The notes under the pieces: generated by a model
What the model was told of the DNA's origin: nothing
The model's database searches: none
The model's input: the letters and a program-made list of their open reading frames with translations, nothing else
Translations under genes and position numbers: made by a program
Assembly (NCBI GenBank): GCA_947628965.1
Contig: CANRBV010000003.1
Span: 2,653-66,652, forward strand
Reading direction: 5' to 3'
Length of the DNA: 64,000 nt
From: an uncultured Bacilli bacterium
GTDB lineage: Bacteria; Bacillota_I; Bacilli_A; RF39; UBA660
Part shown: positions 10,086-17,939 of the stretch, piece after piece
How the letters are laid out: each line of letters opens with the position of its first letter
Numbering within the stretch: position 1 is the stretch's first letter

Positions 10086-10226
10086 CGCTCCATTGAGAAT
10101 GAAATCTGTTCGAACTTTTCGAACATTGATATAAAAGAAAAGCCAATTGAACGATTGGTATTTTTTATAATATAAAGATATTTTGATACACCTGTCAAAA
10201 TTCCTAGTGAGTTAATAATTTTGTCA
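10086..10226 (+). repeat. Copy 2 of the ~140-bp direct repeat, ending TTG TCA TAA (a degenerate duplicated gene start)
   Basis: Same hairpin, terminator and promoter-like segments as copy 1. Weaker homology continues ~20 nt past the TTG into what corresponds to the first codons of the 202-aa ORF. Confidence 0.8.
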
Positions 10227-10642
10227 TAAACAAAATAATCAAAAAAATTAACTAATATTAACGCTATTTAGCAATTTATATGATAAAAAAATTACTAAAA
10301 TTTTAAATAAAAAAGATTGGCCAGACGCGTCTGACTAATTTAAAATGGAGCATTTATGTTAGAAAAAAGCAATAATAAAATTATTCAAGAAATATACATC
10401 TTCTAATTCCACTAGTTTAGCTAGTGGATTTTTGATAGCTTGCCCTCTGCGAGCCACAGCCTTAAAGGTTATTTAACAAAAATAGCCAAATTTTCTATAT
10501 TCGGCTATTTTATTATTACTATTAACATTTTAATAATTTTTTCTTATAAAATTAAAATCTCGTTTAGTGCGTGTTTAATACTTTTTTTCATGTTAACAAA
10601 TACTTAGTTTTTAAAGATATAACTTAAAAAATAGGACTTACT

Positions 10643-11470
10643 TTAAAATTTAAAAATAATGTCAAAAATTAAACAAAATAAATTTGAAATCAAAAAGGAT
10701 AGCAAAAGTAAACTAAAAATTTTCATTACACTTATAATGATAATTAATCTTTTATGAAACCCTAAATAATTATATAATTTATTAATTTGCTTTTCATCTT
10801 CCAAAATATTAATAATAGTATTAAATAATAAGAAGCAAAAGACTATAATTATTGCTAAAATCAAATAAACAAAAAAACTAACAATTACATCATAATCAAT
10901 GTTACTCTTTTTTTGTTGGTAATGATAAATTTCAAAATTTTCATTTTCCTTAACTTGGGTATTAATTTTTTTAATTGTTTTTTCCCTTTGTGTCCAATTT
11001 TTTAAATCTAACTTATATACATAATTGTTTTTATTATTTATAATTTGATTAGATATATAATACATAGTATTATTTGTTTCATCAGAAAAATTTTTTATAA
11101 TAAATTCCTGTTCCGAATTATCTATCATTAGAAAAATTTTATCTCCAACATTATAATCCGATTTATATACGCTTGGAATCATAATTTCGTTATTCGACAA
11201 GCTTTCATCAAAAATTAAAAATATTTGTTCATCTTCTATTTTAGTTTCTATTCCTGTTTGAACTGTTTTAATATTACTAATTTTCTTTAATTTTAAATTA
11301 AGATCTATATCACTTATTAATAAAATATAGGAACCATGATAATCTTCATTGGCACAGACAATATATTTATTCATTGACCAATTTAAAATATACAAAAAAG
11401 AAAAAATTATAAAAAAGATAAAGATATAAATTTTTGAAATCTTTTTTCTAAAAAAACTCTTTATTATCAT
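10643..11470 (-). CDS. Membrane protein with FtsX-like permease topology (N-terminal TM, extracytoplasmic domain, C-terminal TMs)
   Basis: Hydrophobic segments at both ends. The C-terminal LYNYLGFHKRLIIII resembles the FtsX-family LKALG motif. The start overlaps the upstream permease gene by 4 nt. Confidence 0.45.
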   Translation of the reverse strand: MIIKSFFRKKISKIYIFIFFIIFSFLYILNWSMNKYIVCANEDYHGSYILLISDIDLNLKLKKISNIKTVQTGIETKIEDEQIFLIFDESLSNNEIMIPSVYKSDYNVGDKIFLMIDNSEQEFIIKNFSDETNNTMYYISNQIINNKNNYVYKLDLKNWTQREKTIKKINTQVKENENFEIYHYQQKKSNIDYDVIVSFFVYLILAIIIVFCFLLFNTIINILEDEKQINKLYNYLGFHKRLIIIISVMKIFSLLLLSFLISNLFCLIFDIIFKF

Positions 11471-12708
11471 TTTGAATCCTTTAATAAATTAGCGGCATTA
11501 AGTTTTAAATGATGATTCATTAAGTAATGATTCATTAGACAAATAATAATACATAAACCAAAGAAAACTACAATCAAATACAAATAAGGTACTTTTATAA
11601 TAAATCCATTAAATAAAAACTCACTGAAAAAAGATAAACTAATTATTTTAAATAACATAAAATATAGAAAAAAAGCAATAACATAGGAAATTGTAAATAA
11701 ATACATATTTTCTATAAAAGAAACATTTTTTATTGTCATATTTGTAAATCCTATAGCTTTTAACATTCCATATTTTTTTAAATGATATTTTATTTTTTTA
11801 TTAATAAAATTATAAATTAATAATATAGATAGCAATATAGATAAAATACATATTATTAAAGGAAAATATAAAATAAAATTTAATGTTCGTTCTTCAAATT
11901 CAAATGTTTTAGATACAAAATAACCTTGATTTTCCAAAGTCTTTGTTACTTCTTCTATATTTTTATAATTATTCACTCTAACAATATTACCATCATATTC
12001 TAAATATTCTTTGTGTTCTTTTCCATCGATATCCTTTGAAATCGTATATCCAGTATAATCAGAAGCAATTTCGTCATAAGCCTCTAATGAAACAAAACAT
12101 GTATTCATAGAATTAAACGTTGCTGCGGCATTATAGATTCCTACTATATGAAAAATTACATCTTCCTGTTTATTATTTTTTATTGTAAAGGATTTTTCAA
12201 TTAAATTAGAACCTTTCAAATATTTATAATTAAACATTCTAGATAATATATTCCCATTACTATCTTTGTTTTCATAATTATGCGGATAAAATTTTTGGGG
12301 ACAAATAGCTTCATAATTATCAGAAATATTTTTTCCTTTTAATATAGAAATATCATTTTTATTTAATAATGGATAAATTTCTAAAACTCCTTTTTTGTCT
12401 TCTTCGTCAAATTCTTTGGCTGATACACTAGTTCCTTGCAAATATTTATCGCTAATACTAAATTCTACATTTTTTATATTTTTGATATTTTCATAACTAT
12501 TGCTCTCATTATAAACATACAAAGTACGTAATAACAAATTTTTATCAATATTTTGTTTCTTATAATCAAAAACAAAATAAATAAATGTTAAAGAAGAAAA
12601 CATAACGATTAAAAGAAAGAGAATTGAAAAAATGAATAAAATATTTTTTTTATCCTTCATATCACTAAATACGATTGCGTTATAATCTTTACTATTCATG
12701 TTACTCAC
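11467..12708 (-). CDS. ABC transporter permease, FtsX/MacB-like
   Basis: An N-terminal TM is followed by a ~230-aa extracytoplasmic domain and three C-terminal TMs. The MLKAIGFTNMTIKN motif is typical of FtsX-like permeases. The start overlaps the upstream ATPase gene. Confidence 0.6.
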   Translation of the reverse strand: MSNMNSKDYNAIVFSDMKDKKNILFIFSILFLLIVMFSSLTFIYFVFDYKKQNIDKNLLLRTLYVYNESNSYENIKNIKNVEFSISDKYLQGTSVSAKEFDEEDKKGVLEIYPLLNKNDISILKGKNISDNYEAICPQKFYPHNYENKDSNGNILSRMFNYKYLKGSNLIEKSFTIKNNKQEDVIFHIVGIYNAAATFNSMNTCFVSLEAYDEIASDYTGYTISKDIDGKEHKEYLEYDGNIVRVNNYKNIEEVTKTLENQGYFVSKTFEFEERTLNFILYFPLIICILSILLSILLIYNFINKKIKYHLKKYGMLKAIGFTNMTIKNVSFIENMYLFTISYVIAFFLYFMLFKIISLSFFSEFLFNGFIIKVPYLYLIVVFFGLCIIICLMNHYLMNHHLKLNAANLLKDSK

Positions 12709-13396
12709 TTAACTTTCCTTTATTTAAGGTAATACATACATCGGCATACTCTTTTATAATAGAACTATGACTCACTACAATAACCATTTTTCCGTCTTTT
12801 GCAAGATTTTTTAAAATTCCAAAAACCATTTTTTCATTTTCTTCATCTAAATTTCCCGTAGGTTCATCAGCTAAAATTATAAACGGATCATTTGCTAATG
12901 CCCTTGCAATAGCAACTCTTTGTTTTTCTCCTCCTGATAATTCTTTTGGAAAATGTTCCATTCTTTCTTGCATATTCAATCGTTTTAATAACTCAAAAGC
13001 TCTTGTTTTTCTTTCCTTTTTTGCTATTGTTGTATTAATTAACATAGGTAAAATAACATTTTCATAAGATTTCATATTATCATCTAAATAAAAATCTTGA
13101 AAAACAAATCCTATATTCTTCATTCTATAGTAGGCTTGTTCTTGTTCACTTAATTGACTAATTTGCATCCCATTTAAAATATACTCTCCATTTGTCATAT
13201 TTTCTAATAAACCTAAAATACTAATAAATGTAGACTTCCCGCTTCCACTAGGACCCATAATTGCATAAAATTTATTGATTTCAAATGTATAATTTACATT
13301 ATCTAAAGCTACAATGGTTTTATTTTTAGTATTATAAATCTTTGAAACATTTTTTAACTCTATTACATTTTTTTTCATTTTCTTCCTTCCTTTCAA
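12701..13396 (-). CDS. ABC transporter ATP-binding protein (MacB/FtsE-like)
   Basis: Walker A GPSGSGKST, ABC signature LSGGEKQRVAIARAL and Walker B ILADEPTGNLD are all present. Confidence 0.85.
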   Translation of the reverse strand: MKGRKKMKKNVIELKNVSKIYNTKNKTIVALDNVNYTFEINKFYAIMGPSGSGKSTFISILGLLENMTNGEYILNGMQISQLSEQEQAYYRMKNIGFVFQDFYLDDNMKSYENVILPMLINTTIAKKERKTRAFELLKRLNMQERMEHFPKELSGGEKQRVAIARALANDPFIILADEPTGNLDEENEKMVFGILKNLAKDGKMVIVVSHSSIIKEYADVCITLNKGKLSE

Positions 13397-13414
13397 TATA
13401 TTACTTTATTTTTA

Positions 13415-14209
13415 TTACAAGATTAAATTCCTAATTAAAAATAAAATCAAGTTAACAAAAATTGGTACAAAAATTACAATGATCGTTTTCTTTTTATTTT
13501 TGAATTTAACAATGGAAACAAATAAAATTATCAAGTATATGAAAAAGAAAACATATAAGGCATAAGTATATAATGGAATCATACTCATATAATCAAAATT
13601 TGAAGGTGGGATATATGCTTTGTGAAAATTTCCAGCTTCATCATGAGTTACATTATTTATTTTTCTTTCAATTTCTTTTAAGGCTTTTTGATAATCAAAC
13701 CAATCATTTAGATATAATCTATAAATATAACTTTCCGTTTTACCACTAAACATTTCAAAAATTTTTTCACTTACATAAATATTTCGAGTATCTCCTGTTG
13801 TATCATAAGTATTAATAACTTTTAATTCAATATTTATACCATCATATTCAATATTTATATTTTCTTCATTCGACGTTCCAACATGAATAATAGTCTCATT
13901 ATCATTTAAAGAAGTATCCCATAACAAATCAAATTTTAGGGGAACAATTTTATTGCCATTTTTATAATTTAAAAGAGTGACATTTTCAACTCCTAATACG
14001 AGTTTTTCCGTAAAAGAAAGTTTTTTTACATTTTCTAATTCCGACTTTGGAGCTACAAACCATAATGATGCCCCATTATATACTATATTTCCCTCTTTTT
14101 TTAGATTTTCTCTCTCGCAGTAAAGACTAAAAAATAGAAAAAACAAAATTGATAATACTATAACATAGACAAGCAATATTTTATTTTTATTTATTTTTTT
14201 CCAAAGCAT
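13415..14209 (-). CDS. Membrane protein with N-terminal TM, extracytoplasmic domain and C-terminal TMs (accessory or permease-like component of the ABC module)
   Basis: Hydrophobic N- and C-terminal segments, located in the same operon as the ABC genes. Confidence 0.4.
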   Translation of the reverse strand: MLWKKINKNKILLVYVIVLSILFFLFFSLYCERENLKKEGNIVYNGASLWFVAPKSELENVKKLSFTEKLVLGVENVTLLNYKNGNKIVPLKFDLLWDTSLNDNETIIHVGTSNEENINIEYDGINIELKVINTYDTTGDTRNIYVSEKIFEMFSGKTESYIYRLYLNDWFDYQKALKEIERKINNVTHDEAGNFHKAYIPPSNFDYMSMIPLYTYALYVFFFIYLIILFVSIVKFKNKKKTIIVIFVPIFVNLILFLIRNLIL

Positions 14210-14280
14210 AATAATTTCCCTTCTATAAATATAATAACTGTAAAAACTCTAAAAAGAGTTTTTACAGTTCAATAACATTT

Positions 14281-14700
14281 TTAATTTCCAAGATATACAC
14301 TGTTACTATACATATAATAAGTCCCTTGTAAAGGTCCAGATGTAAATTCACTAGCTACATATGTACCTTTATATGTACCGCTTCCATAATCTTCGAAAAA
14401 TACATTAAATGATGCAGAATTATGCATATTCCAATAGGTTCTTGCTTTGAAAGAATAGCCTAATAAAGACTTCTTTGAAATAGATATTGCTAATTTTCCA
14501 ACAGCAGAAAGATTCGTATTTTCAACAAATACTACTGGATAGTCATAACTAAGTTTCTTAGCAGGTGACTCCATACTAGCACCAAGTGAATTTAAATAAA
14601 AAGCGCCATCATAATCAATCGCAAATACAGTAATTAAAGGAACAATTAATAACACAAAAGCAGTAATACTAACAGTTAATATTTTTTTCTTCTTACTCAT
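14281..14700 (-). CDS. Small secreted or membrane-anchored Tyr/Ser/Gly/Thr-rich protein (candidate bacteriocin-like or substrate protein of the adjacent ABC module)
   Basis: N-terminal signal-peptide-like MSKKKKILTVSITAFVLLIVPLITVFA, then a ~110-aa Y/S/G/T/N-rich domain ending GTYYMYSNSVYLGN. Encoded directly upstream of the ABC operon. Confidence 0.4.
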   Translation of the reverse strand: MSKKKKILTVSITAFVLLIVPLITVFAIDYDGAFYLNSLGASMESPAKKLSYDYPVVFVENTNLSAVGKLAISISKKSLLGYSFKARTYWNMHNSASFNVFFEDYGSGTYKGTYVASEFTSGPLQGTYYMYSNSVYLGN

Positions 14701-14814
14701 GCTTTATCCTCCTTTCGTACATATTCGAAGAATTTCTTCTTCTGAATCGAATTTATCATTTCATTATTTCAAAAGAAAGAGCTTGTTAAGCACAACTAAA
14801 ATGGGCTTATTAAG

Positions 14815-15066
14815 TTACAACAATTTTTTATCAATATCTGAATAATTACTTTGTTTAACAGCAGTTTTATATATCAGGTCTAATTCCTTCGAAGAAAACA
14901 CAAATGGACTGTATACATCACTTTTGAAATCATCAAAACTATAATGTTTATGATCTAAAAACTTTTGATGCATTTCCAATTCAAATAAACAACGTTGCAA
15001 CGCAATTTTTTTAGCAAATTTATGTGTAAGAGAATAATACTTATCAATATTTAAACTATTTTTCAT
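14815..15066 (-). CDS. Hypothetical protein (83 aa)
   Basis: ORF only. No motifs recognised. Confidence 0.3.
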   Translation of the reverse strand: MKNSLNIDKYYSLTHKFAKKIALQRCLFELEMHQKFLDHKHYSFDDFKSDVYSPFVFSSKELDLIYKTAVKQSNYSDIDKKLL

Positions 15067-15161
15067 TTTATTTTCCTTTTTATGTTAAAAATTTTGTCAT
15101 ATTACCCAAAGTTTTGCAAATATTTTTGATTATGATGTCACAATTATTTTGGTGATAAATA

Positions 15162-15596
15162 ATGATTATATCTTATAGATTAAAATATTGCAGAAATGAA
15201 TTAGAATTTACGCAAAAGGAACTGGGTTATATATTTGGCGTTGATAATTCAACTGTATGTGCTTGAGAAAATGGTCATGACTCTATACCATTAACAAAAT
15301 TAGTAAAATTATGCAATCTATACCATTTTAATATCGATTATATTTTTAATTTAACAAAAAATAATAATTCCTATAATCAAAATTTAATATTAGATAAAAA
15401 TATAATTGAAAAAAAATTAAAACTTACTAGAAAGAAAATGAATTTAACTCAACAAAAAACGGCAAAAAGTTTGAACATCTCACAATCGTGCTATAGCCAA
15501 TATGAAAATGGAAAAACTCTTATTACCACTTTAATTTTGTATACTATGTCCAAAAAATATAATATTTCTGCAAATTATATATTGAATTTCAAATAG
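15162..15596 (+). pseudogene. Tandem XRE-family HTH transcriptional regulator interrupted by an in-frame TGA at the conserved Trp codon of the first HTH
   Basis: Translation gives ...TQKELGYIFGVDNSTVCA*ENGHDS..., where * falls exactly where XRE HTHs carry Trp (vs.WE.G). A second HTH (LTQQKTAKSLNISQSCYSQYENGKT) follows in the same frame, which ends at TAG 15594-15596. Other genes in the window use TGG for conserved Trp, so TGA is not Trp here. Confidence 0.55.
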
Positions 15597-16310
15597 TTAT
15601 ATAGATATATCTACTCCACCCATTTGATCAAAATAATTTTTTACAGATGCATCAAACAAAAAGACATTTCCATAACCTGATAATGATATAGAATACTTTT
15701 TACTAGTTGCTAAACTAATATAACTAGATGAATGTTGATAACTAGAATATATATGACCACTACCATTTACTTTAAATGCTTGGGAAACTATAATATTACT
15801 ACCAGATGTAGGAAGTTTAACTGAAACTCCAAATCCATTATCATCATCTAAGATATCTCCATAACTCGTTGTTCCACTAGAACTGCTTACCTTTGTTGTC
15901 GGAGAATCCATTAGTGTTACACCATTTAAATAAGAACCTATAACATCATAACTTCTAACTTTTGGAGATGACAACCATGTTGCTACTACACTAACTAAAG
16001 TATAAGAAGACATTTGTGTTTTTGTTATAGTTAATGTTTTACTTGAAGTAGTGTGAATTGTTCCCATAGTTTGAAATGGTATATAATTATAAGTTACAAT
16101 GTTCTCACTAATACCATCACTTAAAATAAAATTATAATCTTCTATCGTCATATCTTTTTGATATCCTTCCCAAAAAATCTTGGAAATAAAATTATATTCT
16201 TCTATCGTTAAATTTACTCCATTAGCATTGGAAAAATATATTTCTGATGCACTGACGTTGACACTTGTACAAAAAAATACTAGTAAAAGTATATATAATA
16301 TTTTTTTCAA
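15597..16310 (-). CDS. Secreted protein with signal peptide and internal sequence repeat, Ser/Thr/Tyr-rich
   Basis: Signal peptide MKKILYILLLVFFCTSVNVSA. Internal repeat LTIEEYNFISKIF / MTIEDYNFILSDG. S/T/Y-rich C-terminal half. Confidence 0.45.
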   Translation of the reverse strand: MKKILYILLLVFFCTSVNVSASEIYFSNANGVNLTIEEYNFISKIFWEGYQKDMTIEDYNFILSDGISENIVTYNYIPFQTMGTIHTTSSKTLTITKTQMSSYTLVSVVATWLSSPKVRSYDVIGSYLNGVTLMDSPTTKVSSSSGTTSYGDILDDDNGFGVSVKLPTSGSNIIVSQAFKVNGSGHIYSSYQHSSSYISLATSKKYSISLSGYGNVFLFDASVKNYFDQMGGVDISI

Positions 16311-16380
16311 TTAATTTTCCTCCTTTCATTTATAACTAAAGCATATTTTAAATAAATTAAAAAGGGCCTGATAGGCTCAT

Positions 16381-17508
16381 TTAAATATTTGATATTAAAT
16401 TATAGATATTTTCCCAAAATTCCTCTATTTTATTTTTTTCATTATCACAAATTCCTTTTAAACAGTTAATAGCATTATTAGCATATGAGAAAGAAAAATT
16501 AACTAAATCGTCATCATAAAAAATGTACGTTAACTCATCATTATCAAAATCATAACTCCACTCTTCAATAATTTTAGAATTTTTTAAAAGTGTAAAATAA
16601 ATATTTCTATTCTTTGGTGTATAAACAAAAGATTGAATTAATCCGTCTTCCTCTTTTTCATAATAATAATTGTCATTTTGTATATTAAATTTATTTTGAA
16701 TTCTTTCAACTAGCAATTCCATATCCATTGGTAAAGAATTTTTCGTAATTTCTTCTTTTTCATCAGAAATTTTATTCTTTTTTATAAAGAATAAATTATC
16801 ATTTACATAATCCTCAATTAAATCAAGTTTAATAATCTGAAAATTATCATTTTTATCAATTCTTTTTATATATAAGTTATTAATAATATAAGAAATATCT
16901 TTACTATTAAAATATTCATCATAACCATAAAAATCTATAAAACTTATATTCGAATCATCGCCTTTATATATAAATTGTTCTGCATCGTTTCTATCTTTGT
17001 AAAATAATAATAATTCTTTTATATCATCACTTTCTTTAGAATCTATTCTAAAATATAATTTATTTTTAGTATTAATAAATAAACCTTCCATTAATAACAC
17101 ATCATTATTATATCCAGTTATGGTATAAACTTTAATAGCTTTATAGGAACTAATAAAATAATAAATTAAAAATGAAAATAACACAATAACAATTATAATT
17201 AACAAAATCCTAACTTTTTGTTTATTTTTGTTATTACTTTCATACAAACTTAGAGTAATATTATTTATTTGACTGTTATTTTTCTTATTTATTCTTTCTC
17301 CATATAATATTTCGTTAATACTGACATCAAAAATTTCACTTAATCTTATTAATGTTGAAGAATCTGGAATTGTAATTCCACGCTCCCATTTTGATACGGC
17401 TTCCCTTCCAATAGGAATAGAATCTGCTAATTCTTTTTGAGTTAATCCTTTCTCATTTCTAAGTTTTAAAATAAATTGCCCTATTTTATCAACTCTCATG
17501 CAAAACAC
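16381..17508 (-). CDS. Membrane-anchored XRE-family transcriptional regulator (N-terminal HTH, single TM, extracytoplasmic C-terminal domain)
   Basis: LTQKELADSIPIGREAVSKWERG is a classic XRE HTH. The TM segment is VRILLIIIVIVLFSFLIYYFI. It is followed by a ~250-aa domain. The true start is probably the internal Met (MRVDKIG). Confidence 0.6.
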   Translation of the reverse strand: MFCMRVDKIGQFILKLRNEKGLTQKELADSIPIGREAVSKWERGITIPDSSTLIRLSEIFDVSINEILYGERINKKNNSQINNITLSLYESNNKNKQKVRILLIIIVIVLFSFLIYYFISSYKAIKVYTITGYNNDVLLMEGLFINTKNKLYFRIDSKESDDIKELLLFYKDRNDAEQFIYKGDDSNISFIDFYGYDEYFNSKDISYIINNLYIKRIDKNDNFQIIKLDLIEDYVNDNLFFIKKNKISDEKEEITKNSLPMDMELLVERIQNKFNIQNDNYYYEKEEDGLIQSFVYTPKNRNIYFTLLKNSKIIEEWSYDFDNDELTYIFYDDDLVNFSFSYANNAINCLKGICDNEKNKIEEFWENIYNLISNI

Positions 17509-17939
17509 CTCAATACTGCATTTAGTTTATCACGAATAAATAAAAAATAAAATCAAAATTAAAACCAGGCAGTGTATTAAAATAATTTTGTTATATTTTA
17601 ATTGAATACAATAATAATTTCATGTTATATCAGAATTGTATTTTAAAATCAAAGACCATATTTTTTAATAATGTCATCAAAAAATTGATTCAACTCATTT
17701 ACTGCATTATCCAGTAGGCCCCCTAATAATTCATCAGGAATTACTTAATTTAATAGAAATATATCTCCAATTAATAATACATCTCTTAATTTTTTAATTT
17801 TCTCAAACATATCGGGATCTAAATCTTTCATTAGCCTTCCTTTTTGTAATAAAGCCTCTTCAGAATTGTCATCTCCGACTTTTAAATGTAACAATTGACT
17901 AAACTTATTTCAAATCCTTAAATTTGTGCTGTATTTTTA

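Noticed and set aside
9331-10226. Possible CRISPR or IS element formed by the 140-bp repeats
   Set aside because: There are only two copies, they flank a protein-coding ORF, they are far longer than CRISPR repeats, and no transposase or terminal inverted repeats are present.
15264-15266. Genome-wide TGA=Trp recoding (Mollicutes-like code 4), suggested by TGA at a conserved Trp codon
   Set aside because: Conserved Trp residues in gyrB, dnaA, the neighbouring XRE regulator and others are encoded by TGG. Large core genes are uninterrupted under the standard code. A local mutation is therefore more parsimonious.
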